64,000 nt of DNA from Candidatus Latescibacterota bacterium (lineage in GTDB: Bacteria; Latescibacterota; UBA2968; UBA8231), in NCBI GenBank assembly GCA_965217585.1, contig OZ244561.1, positions 6,624,001-6,688,000 of the forward strand. The letters run 5' to 3'. Below the pieces are notes generated by a model. It saw only the letters and a list, made by a program, of their open reading frames with translations, was not told the origin of the DNA and did not search any database. A program made the translations under genes and the position numbers. Of the stretch, positions 48,563 through 56,683 are shown piece by piece. Position 1 is the stretch's first letter. Every line of letters starts with the position of its first letter.

Positions 48563-48581
48563 CTTATCATTCAGTGATAAG
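48563..48581. promoter_or_regulatory. Possible operator between the divergent qor and aspartate kinase genes
   Basis: CTTATCA-N5-TGATAAG inverted repeat. Confidence 0.3.
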
Positions 48582-48679
48582 CGTCTTAAGGTAATCATAA
48601 AGCTCCCTCAAGACAAATTTGTAAAAACGGTAATTCGTGCATTTTTTATGAGGCAAACCTGTATTCGCAAAGGAACGCA

Positions 48680-50032
48680 ATGAAAGTAGCTAAATTCGGC
48701 GGCACCTCCCTCGCGTCAGCCGAGCAAATAGAGAAAATCTGCGCCATTGTCACTGCTGATCCAGCGCGCCGGCTCGTCGTGGTCTCGGCCCCGGGCAAGC
48801 GCGACCGGGCGGACGCCAAAGTCACCGATCTCCTCATCGAGGTAGTCCGCGCCCAGCTAACCAACCAAGACGGCCACACCGCGCTGACGCGCGTCATCGA
48901 TCGCTATGCCGCCATCGTCGGCGACCTCGGCTTGCCGGACACAGTGCTCGCGCCCATTGTCGCCGACTTTGAGCGGCGGCTGGCCATGAGCACGAGCGAC
49001 GAAGCGCTCTACACGGATGCCATGAAGGCCGGCGGCGAGGACAACTGCGCCCGCCTAGTCGCCGAATACCTGCGTCACAGCGGGGCCGAAGCTCACTATC
49101 TCGACCCAGGCGAGGGTGGCCTAATTCTCTCGGAAGAGCCGGGCAACGCCCGCGTCTTGCAGGCTTCCTACGGCAAGCTGCGCCAGCTCAAAGACCGTCC
49201 GGGCATCACCATCTTTCCCGGATTTTTTGGCTATTCACCCACGGGCCGAGTCGTCACCTTCTCACGCGGTGGCTCGGACATAACCGGCGCGATCCTCGCC
49301 GCGGCCGTCGATGCGGCTGTGTACGAAAACTTCACGGACGTGGACTCGGTCTTTGCAGCCAATCCCGCGCTCGTAGCCAACCCGGTCGCCGTTACTGAGA
49401 TTACCTACCGCGAGATGCGCGAGCTGTCCTACGCGGGGTTTTCCGTGTTTCACGACGAGGCCCTCGAACCCGTGTTCCACGCCGGGATTCCGGTCGTCGT
49501 CAAAAACACCGACAACCCGCAGGCACCCGGCACCCGCATCGTCCCCGAGCGCGCGGTCGGCGACCATCCAGTCGTCGGCATCGCCGCCACCGACGGGTTT
49601 TGCAGCGTGTACATCAGCAAGTACCTGATGAACCGCGAAGTGGGTTTTGGCCGCCGCTTGCTGGCCATTTTTGAGGACGAGGGGATCTCCTTTGAGCACA
49701 CGCCATCGGGCATTGACAATATGTCGGTGATCGTGCGCGAGTCGTATTTCAACCACGCAGCCGAAGAGCGGGTTCTGCGCCGGATTCGCACCGAGCTAGA
49801 AGTAGATGAGTTGTCGGTCGCCCGCGGCCTCGCCTTGGCGATGATCGTCGGCGAGGGCATGCACCACACCATCGGCTTGGCCGCCCGCGCTTGCAGTGCC
49901 TTTTCCCGCGCCAGCGTCAACCTAGAGATGATCAATCAGGGGTCGAGCGAGGTCAGCATGATGTTCGGCATCAAGGCCGCAGACATTCCCGCAGCCGTGC
50001 GCTCGCTTTACGGAGAGTTTTTTGGCGCTTGA
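48680..50032 (+). CDS. lysC: Aspartate kinase
   Basis: KFGGTS, VVSAPGKR, FSRGGSDITG, ENFTDVD, two ACT domains. Confidence 0.93.
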   Translation: MKVAKFGGTSLASAEQIEKICAIVTADPARRLVVVSAPGKRDRADAKVTDLLIEVVRAQLTNQDGHTALTRVIDRYAAIVGDLGLPDTVLAPIVADFERRLAMSTSDEALYTDAMKAGGEDNCARLVAEYLRHSGAEAHYLDPGEGGLILSEEPGNARVLQASYGKLRQLKDRPGITIFPGFFGYSPTGRVVTFSRGGSDITGAILAAAVDAAVYENFTDVDSVFAANPALVANPVAVTEITYREMRELSYAGFSVFHDEALEPVFHAGIPVVVKNTDNPQAPGTRIVPERAVGDHPVVGIAATDGFCSVYISKYLMNREVGFGRRLLAIFEDEGISFEHTPSGIDNMSVIVRESYFNHAAEERVLRRIRTELEVDELSVARGLALAMIVGEGMHHTIGLAARACSAFSRASVNLEMINQGSSEVSMMFGIKAADIPAAVRSLYGEFFGA

Positions 50033-50222
50033 TTGGGCTACGTCGCCGCCCAAATCACCAACCGCAACTCGCTATCGTCAATTAGGCTGTACTCGGGGAG
50101 ACGGCCCGCAAGCTGCTGGCACTCTGCGCGGATAATCGGCACGCCATCGCCGCGCCGGTCCATCAAGTGCGTCCGTCCAAGATCAGCGGGTGCGCGACAA
50201 CGCGCCAACAGAGACACTATAA

Positions 50223-51330
50223 GTGATGTTACGCAGCCGCTAGGCTTTGGTTTATCTTTTCTGTCATGGATAAAAAACTGTTAGACCTCTATAGTGACTA
50301 TCTGTTGAGTTCTTTTGGCGCGACGACCGCCACCGGCCTTTCGTCTTTGTTAGATGGCCAAATCAGCCACGACCAAGTGACGCGGTTTTTGTCCCAAGCC
50401 GACTACACGTCGAAAGAGCTCTGGCATCAAGTCAAATCCGTGGTGCGCACCATCGAGCGTGAAGACGGGGTGCTCATTTTCGATGATACGATTCAGGAAA
50501 AGCCGCACACGGATGAAAATGAGTTGATCTGTTGGCACTTCGATCATAGTAAGAACCGCTCCGTCAAAGGCTTGAATCTGCTCAATTGTATCTATCAGGC
50601 CGGCGATGTCAGTGTGCCGGTGGCCTATGAGTTAGTGCGTAAACCGATCCTGTTTTGCGATCGGCAAACGCGGCGAGTCAAACGCAAAAGCGAGGTGACC
50701 AAAAATCAGTTGCTGCGGCAGATGCTACGCACCTGCCAACAGAATCGCTTGAGCTACCGCTATGTCTTGGCCGATAGTTGGTTTGCGGCCAAGGAAAACC
50801 TGTTGTTTATCCGCCAAGACCTGAAGAAACACTTTATCGTCGCCCTCAAATCCAACCGGACGGTCGCCTTGAGCCCCCAAGACAAAGCCCACGGCCGCTT
50901 CGTGCGTATCGATACGCTAGACTGGTCAGACCCCACGCCGGTAACCGCCTGGATCAAAGGACTCCCTTTTCCAGTCTTGCTGCATCGGCGAGTCTTTACA
51001 AACAAAGACGATTCCACCGGCCTTTTGTATCTGGCCTGTAGTGATCTCGACCAACACGGAGACGCCCTTGAGATGATCTATCAAAAAAGATGGAAAGTCG
51101 AAGTCTTTCACAAAACGCTCAAGTCCCATGCCGCGTTGGCCAAGTCGCCGACCAAACGGGTCCGTACCCAAAGCAATCACGTCTTTATGGCCATCTATGC
51201 GGCCTTCTCGCTAGAGTGGCTGCGCATCAAGCATCGGATGAATCCGTTTGCCCTCCGATCAAAACTCTATCTCAAGGCCATTCGACACGCCTTTGACGAA
51301 TTACAGCAGCTAAAGGCTGCGTAACATCAC
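50223..51330 (+). mobile_element. Complete IS701-like insertion sequence (about 1.1 kb)
   Basis: Perfect 16-bp TIRs GTGATGTTACGCAGCC (50223-50238 / 51315-51330); flanking duplication ACTATAA (50216-50222 / 51331-51337), or 11-bp ACACTATAAGT if the TIR is 14 bp. Confidence 0.93.
50266..51324 (+). CDS. DDE transposase (IS701-like)
   Basis: LIFDDT, VLADSWF, YQKRWKVEVFHK; stop codon lies inside the right TIR. Confidence 0.93.
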   Translation: MDKKLLDLYSDYLLSSFGATTATGLSSLLDGQISHDQVTRFLSQADYTSKELWHQVKSVVRTIEREDGVLIFDDTIQEKPHTDENELICWHFDHSKNRSVKGLNLLNCIYQAGDVSVPVAYELVRKPILFCDRQTRRVKRKSEVTKNQLLRQMLRTCQQNRLSYRYVLADSWFAAKENLLFIRQDLKKHFIVALKSNRTVALSPQDKAHGRFVRIDTLDWSDPTPVTAWIKGLPFPVLLHRRVFTNKDDSTGLLYLACSDLDQHGDALEMIYQKRWKVEVFHKTLKSHAALAKSPTKRVRTQSNHVFMAIYAAFSLEWLRIKHRMNPFALRSKLYLKAIRHAFDELQQLKAA

Positions 51331-52067
51331 ACTATAAGTTCATTGCGGTTGGATTGCCGCAGATGCAGGCTGTCCGGCGAGAGCGTGTTCGCCAAGGCAC
51401 CGGGGACGTATAGCTCAAGGCGATCTCCGAACAGATGCAGACGCACCCGAGAACCCCCATTGAATAGTCCCGATGCGCCACGGCGTTGACGAGTGCCTCA
51501 AACACGGCCCGCTCGCTGAACTGCGGAAGATCGACCCGGGCCGTTATTTTGGTCGCTCGCACTAGCATATTCCGCCGCACAAAGTGCAACGCTTCCGCAA
51601 CCTGCTCGTCGAGTGGTCCTTCAATATCGCGGGCATCGGTCTGATAGTTGACATCCGTCCGCTCCCCTGCATAGCTGACGGCTTGTACGTATGCGTGGGG
51701 CATCCATTGTTGCGGCTCCCGCGTACACAGTAGAACGCCGGCGAGAGTGAGGCGCACGACGTCTTCCTCGTCGGCAGCGACTATGCGGAGCTTGTGCAAA
51801 GTGTCCTCGGTCAGCTCGGCGTCTTCGCGGAGGAACCGGCGCGTCAGTTCCTCATCGAGGTGCTCTGGCGAGGTACGGGGAACAACTGATTCGTCGAAGC
51901 GGTGGCCGGACGCGGACGGCGAGAGCCGTTTGAGTTCCAACGTCGAGTCCTCATGGAGCCGGATGCGGTGAGTTAGATTCGTATCCCTCATCTCGGCTCC
52001 TATTGTTGACTTGCGGATTTCGGCAATCTGTCTGCAAGGATGCCATGCCAAATCGACATCGCAAGAC

Positions 52068-53165
52068 CTATCGCCGGAGGGTAAATTTGGAGTCGTGCTC
52101 ATATCGTTTCTTCGTTGTGCCAGGCCTAAAGGCATTCGTCTGACGATTCTTGATTTCCGTAGTTACGCTGGTACCCATATCATAGACATCGAAGTTAGTT
52201 AGACCAGTCCTAAGAGATTCTCTGAGACCATCAAGCAGATCGTCCTTGCCCAAGCTAGTACCACCAATCCGAACCACGATCACGGCATCCTCTTTCAGTA
52301 GGTCTGCGCACCCCGACCAACTCTCAGCCAGAAAGCGCCAATATTGTTCTGGGCTTCTATATCGATCATCTCTTGCCGCCTTGGCCGTAGGGCGTTCAGG
52401 GCCACCTAAGAACCACAATCTAAGCCACTGGTCCTCGGCATAATGGGTCGTGTTAAGATATGGTGGAGAAGTGACTATGAGGGAAACCGATCTGCGGAGT
52501 TTACGGAAGCTACGTGATGCCCTACGAGCATCACAACATCTCACCGAACCGCGTAGCTTCGGTAAGGAATGTCCCAGCCGGTAGGCCGCGACACGTTTTA
52601 ACACCTCAAATATGTCTCTTTCCGGTGCCGTATATCCGTTCTCTGTCCACCAACGCACGGAATAGTCTGGATTCGTACTGATCGTTCGCGGCATTCGATT
52701 ACTGATACAGTTTCGAGACTTGTGGGACTCTCCGTGAAGACAGCCAAGCAATACGGCAGCAATGAAGCGATCAACACGGGAGTGCGACCAATCGAGTTGC
52801 TCCCGCAGGAATAGCAGTTGTTGGAATGTCCGTGGGTGAAAACAAGCAGAAAAGAAATCGTCCCGTGGGGCCTCAAAATCACCCGCTTCCTTCTGTAGAC
52901 TTTCGAGTGATATAAGCCTTCTTCCTACCGAGGCTAGTATAGGCGGGTCTGCTTTAGCACCAGATATACACGCCGCGACTGGATTGATGTCTACTCCTGC
53001 TGCCGGACGTCCATTCAGAAGACTCTCGAACACAGTCGTTCCGCGGCCACTGAAAGGGTCGAAAACGGTGTCGCCTGGCTGCGTGTAGGCGTAAATCTGC
53101 TTAGCGACGAAATCCTCGGGGAACACGGCGAAGTATGGACATATAGAATGCAATGGGTGTCTCAT
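52068..53165 (-). CDS. DNA methyltransferase, probably N4-cytosine
   Basis: Motif I DPFSGRGTT near the N-terminus; motif IV VTSPPY; HSICPYFAVFP. Confidence 0.9.
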   Translation of the reverse strand: MRHPLHSICPYFAVFPEDFVAKQIYAYTQPGDTVFDPFSGRGTTVFESLLNGRPAAGVDINPVAACISGAKADPPILASVGRRLISLESLQKEAGDFEAPRDDFFSACFHPRTFQQLLFLREQLDWSHSRVDRFIAAVLLGCLHGESHKSRNCISNRMPRTISTNPDYSVRWWTENGYTAPERDIFEVLKRVAAYRLGHSLPKLRGSVRCCDARRASRSFRKLRRSVSLIVTSPPYLNTTHYAEDQWLRLWFLGGPERPTAKAARDDRYRSPEQYWRFLAESWSGCADLLKEDAVIVVRIGGTSLGKDDLLDGLRESLRTGLTNFDVYDMGTSVTTEIKNRQTNAFRPGTTKKRYEHDSKFTLRR

Positions 53166-53175
53166 GCCAACTCCG

Positions 53176-54231
53176 TCAACCTAGGATTTCACATGTATCA
53201 TTTACCCACGTCTCAACTTCGCTGAACTGGTCACGACCGTCAACCAAACGTGTTGTTTCATCATCCGTACGCAGACAGGTGTCGGCGAAATAGGCCACTC
53301 GGCAGCGGTCAAAGACGATACCATATCTCCTCTCTTCATAAAGAAATCTGTTCTTCAGCGTCTCGTCGAACGAGACATCTGGATCATCAGTCAAGTCCCG
53401 ATGCAGCGTGAAAGGAATGAACATCGATGGCACATAGTGGGTGGCGGGTAGCTCACTGAACCAACCATGAAACTGCTGAATATACTCAAGGACGGACTTT
53501 CCCTTCCAGTTACGTCCTGATGCGCATTGGCCGAGAAGGTAGATCTTCCCAGGCATGCGGTCGGGATGATGCTTCCATGCGATGACGTCAATTCCACCGT
53601 CCTTTGTCGAAGCCGGAAAACCTGACGGTATGGCCGTTTTAACTGTGCCAGCCCCGAACCTCCGGTATGTATCACGAAGTGCGGAAAGAAAATCTGTGCC
53701 TTCTAGACGTGGAAATCCGAATGAAGCTACATCTCCGGCGATATAGCCGCCCGCCGCAAGGCAAGCACAAATTTGAAACAAGTTGGGTATTCTGCACCGG
53801 ACAATCTTCGTCAAGTCGGGAGATTGAATCTTTTTCTCACGAATAGCGGATACGAGGAGACAGAAGACGTAAACAGTGCGTCCGGGAACAGAAGAAACAT
53901 CAGGCACTCGTTCGATTCGGAGATGGTCTGTATTAATGGAGAAAGGGTATGATTTGCCGAGAATTCGTTCTCTATACTGTAGTTCGTCAAATACGACGTC
54001 GACGAGTCTATCCCGTTGACTTTCGAGAATAGACTCATCGAGCTCTTCCCCTGTTTCTTCATCAATAGAAGATGAGTTTGCGGCAGTGTCTTCAAGGAAG
54101 TCTAGCAATCCGTAGAGGTCTCCTGATGTCCATGTCCCACGAGTGGATAGGAGAGCCTGTAGCTCCGCCCAATCAGCCTGGGTACTCCGGGTATCGTCCG
54201 TTCCTGGGGACAGGATAGACGCCGTCATCAT
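53176..54231 (-). CDS. Putative Mrr-like PD-(D/E)xK-fold nuclease
   Basis: KDGGIDVIAW...YLLGQCASG..WKGK; ATGA overlap with the ParB-like gene stop. Confidence 0.65.
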   Translation of the reverse strand: MMTASILSPGTDDTRSTQADWAELQALLSTRGTWTSGDLYGLLDFLEDTAANSSSIDEETGEELDESILESQRDRLVDVVFDELQYRERILGKSYPFSINTDHLRIERVPDVSSVPGRTVYVFCLLVSAIREKKIQSPDLTKIVRCRIPNLFQICACLAAGGYIAGDVASFGFPRLEGTDFLSALRDTYRRFGAGTVKTAIPSGFPASTKDGGIDVIAWKHHPDRMPGKIYLLGQCASGRNWKGKSVLEYIQQFHGWFSELPATHYVPSMFIPFTLHRDLTDDPDVSFDETLKNRFLYEERRYGIVFDRCRVAYFADTCLRTDDETTRLVDGRDQFSEVETWVNDTCEILG

Positions 54232-55304
54232 TGCTGGTCCTCCTCGCGCGATTTATCTCGCATAACGACGACCAGACTATGAGTTGTTCTGTCTATCCCT
54301 TCGGCCACACGTAGGAGCGTCGCGTCTCCATCGTAAGCTCCAGAAAGGGCCATCGCGTCCTCGCACTGCTTGGCCGCCTTCATCAGAGCATCTTCGAATC
54401 TCGAGGATGGGGGTTCGATACGCTCGAAGGCAACTTGCAAGTTGCGCTGGGCAATCAGCATCCGTCGCGCTTCGGGATTTCCGAGCACTTCACTAAGACG
54501 ATTCAAATCAGGATTCTGGCTCTGAATCAGAGTCGGCTCGTTCCGCTGTTCCTGACCATAGAGCCAGGACATCAGTGTCTGCAACTTTTCGCGATTCTCC
54601 GGGGCAATCGGGTTTTCCTTTGGCGGAGCCGGGAGATCCTCCGGGGTCAACCCTAGGAATTCCCTTACCGATGCACGGGTAAGTGCCGTGTACAGATGGG
54701 AAAATGCGAAGCGCTTCTTGGAACGACGTTCTCTTTCGAAACCATCTTCGGTAGCTTGCTTCAAGGCATACCAGCCATTGACGATTCGGCGGACAGTATT
54801 GTGGTTGTCGCCGAGCGTACGGCTGATCGTCTCGACGGCCCCACCCTCTTCAAACCACTCCGCCGCGAATTTTGCCTTAGCAAGCGCATCCCATTTGAAT
54901 GGGCCGTTGATGTGCTTGAAACCAACAAAGGCTCGGGCGTCTTTCCTGTCTTTGACCCACTTTACGCGAATCTCGTCGGGAAGCGGCTTCGGCTCCGAAA
55001 CGTCAGGGAGGGTAACTTTCAACCTTCGCCTGAGGTTTTCATCACTCAGCAAACGCAATGCTGCTAGTCGTCGATTTCCTTCGAGAACAACATTCTTATT
55101 GCGCAACACAACTACGGGCTCGAAGTCGACGTATCCTGTGGATCGAATCGACTGCAAGAGCTCGTCGACATCTACTTGATCTACCAAGTATTCCACGACC
55201 TCATCCTCCGTCGCAAATCCGCTGTCGAGAAATCGAGGATTCTTCATGTCGAACTTAAGCTCTGACGGTGCGATAAATTCGATGTCGCTCTCATTCCTAG
55301 GCAT
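54228..55304 (-). CDS. ParB/Srx-fold N-terminal domain protein (orphan, no parA)
   Basis: LKFDMKNPRF, ELLQSIRSTGY..EPVVV, VVLEGNRRLAALRLL (GxRR patch); ATG at 55304 after AAGGAG. Confidence 0.8.
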   Translation of the reverse strand: MPRNESDIEFIAPSELKFDMKNPRFLDSGFATEDEVVEYLVDQVDVDELLQSIRSTGYVDFEPVVVLRNKNVVLEGNRRLAALRLLSDENLRRRLKVTLPDVSEPKPLPDEIRVKWVKDRKDARAFVGFKHINGPFKWDALAKAKFAAEWFEEGGAVETISRTLGDNHNTVRRIVNGWYALKQATEDGFERERRSKKRFAFSHLYTALTRASVREFLGLTPEDLPAPPKENPIAPENREKLQTLMSWLYGQEQRNEPTLIQSQNPDLNRLSEVLGNPEARRMLIAQRNLQVAFERIEPPSSRFEDALMKAAKQCEDAMALSGAYDGDATLLRVAEGIDRTTHSLVVVMRDKSREEDQQ

Positions 55305-55544
55305 ATCTTCACTCCTTAAGGTTGATCCTATCTCTCCGAATAGCCCACCCTGCTCATCCAGCACCTTCTGCCGCTACCAACCGGGGGATTTCGGGCCAGT
55401 TCTGCACTAGGCCGTTGTAAGAGAGGGCTTAGGCGGCGCTTGACTCGATCTTGTTGTGTAGCTGGCTTCGATAAACTTATTCAGCGTTTGTGCGTCGTTC
55501 AAACCTCCATATCCTTGGGACCAAGATGTCCCGCCCTCATCTCC

Positions 55545-56675
55545 CTACACCAACTCGCCCAAGACCGCCAAAAACCGCTCCGCATCGTCGCTATTGTTGT
55601 ACAAATGCCCCGAAACCCGCACCCGCCCGTATTCCCCCCATACCAACACCCCCCGATCGGCAAGGACCTCGCACAGCCGATGCGCGTCGTCGTCCGCAAA
55701 GCAGGTATTGCCCGAGCGCTGCGGCCGCGCACTCGGCGAAATGACCTGTCGCCCGAGACGCGCCAGCCCGGCGCTGATTTGTTCGGACAAGTCGCGGTTG
55801 TGCTCTTCTATCCGCTCAATCCCCACATCCAACAGCCGCCCCAAGGCGTAGTCGAGGTAGAGCACCGCCACCATGGCCGGATTGCCCGGCTCCATTTTAT
55901 CGGGCATCGGCTTTTCGTCGGCGTCCGGTGCGCGCACAGCCCCTTGCGCCGGCCACACCGCCAAGTTGCGCCAGCCAAAGGCCGTGGAGCGCACTTGCGC
56001 CTCGGCCCGTTGGCTCAGATAACACGGCGCAACCCCGTGGGTCGCCAACAGCCATTTGTAGCACGAACTGACGCACAAGTCGGTACACGCCGCCGGTACG
56101 GCGACCGCACCCGCGGCATGGGTTGCATCAACCGCCAAGAGCGCGTCGCGCCCGGCAAGTCCGGCCGCAAGCTGTTCGACATCTAGATTTTGCCCCGTGT
56201 AGAAGCTGACTTGACTCACGGCTAAAACCTGAGTGCGCTCATCGACGGCCGCCAACAGATCTTCCTCCCGCACCAACCAGTCGCGGTGCGGCACCAGCCG
56301 CAGTTCGACCCCTTGCTGGCGCACATTGCGCCAATTGTACGCCACCGAGGGAAATTCCAAGTTGGTAGTGACCACGTTGTCGCCCGGCCGCCAGTCCAAA
56401 CCCCGCGCCAACCAAGCCATGCCCTCGGCGGCCGAGGGCACAAAGGCGATCCGCTCGGCCGGAACGCCCCATAGCTGCCCCATGCGCTGGCGGCAGCGGT
56501 CGCCGCGGGCGTAGATGGCGCGCCGGCCGCGGTCGCCGCTGCTTTTTTGCTGCGCGAATTCCGCGTACACCGCGCTCTGCCCTTTTAGCCAAGGAGCTTC
56601 GCCCCCCGTACAGAGATGAGTCACCGCGTCGAGCCCGACGAAATCCGCGGGCGGAATGAGGCTTTCGCTTTTCAT
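55545..56675 (-). CDS. Class V PLP-dependent aminotransferase / cysteine desulfurase-like
   Basis: EFPSV, VDATHAAG, SSCYKWLL, RVSGHLYN. Confidence 0.9.
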   Translation of the reverse strand: MKSESLIPPADFVGLDAVTHLCTGGEAPWLKGQSAVYAEFAQQKSSGDRGRRAIYARGDRCRQRMGQLWGVPAERIAFVPSAAEGMAWLARGLDWRPGDNVVTTNLEFPSVAYNWRNVRQQGVELRLVPHRDWLVREEDLLAAVDERTQVLAVSQVSFYTGQNLDVEQLAAGLAGRDALLAVDATHAAGAVAVPAACTDLCVSSCYKWLLATHGVAPCYLSQRAEAQVRSTAFGWRNLAVWPAQGAVRAPDADEKPMPDKMEPGNPAMVAVLYLDYALGRLLDVGIERIEEHNRDLSEQISAGLARLGRQVISPSARPQRSGNTCFADDDAHRLCEVLADRGVLVWGEYGRVRVSGHLYNNSDDAERFLAVLGELV

Positions 56676-56683
56676 AGTATGTC

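Larger units (their letters stand above)
50038..51991 (-). pseudogene. Second Schlafen/AlbA_2-HATPase_c_4 gene: AlbA domain deleted, frameshifted and IS-interrupted
   Basis: AGGAG RBS; MRDTNLTHRIRLHEDSTLELKR jumps to RFDESVVP; EALVNAVAHRDYS; frameshift in a G5 run (51454-51458); ...RQSNRNELI resumes past the IS as VSLLAR...MDRRGDGVPII...LRLVIWAAT*. Confidence 0.88.

Noticed and set aside
48520-48679. Lysine riboswitch upstream of aspartate kinase
   Set aside because: The spacer is short, shared with a divergent gene, and no riboswitch consensus is recognisable
55305-55544. Possible C-terminal remnant (QKVLDEQGGLF) of a lost gene and a small GGGAC/GTCCC hairpin upstream of the ParB-like gene
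   Set aside because: Too short to distinguish from chance
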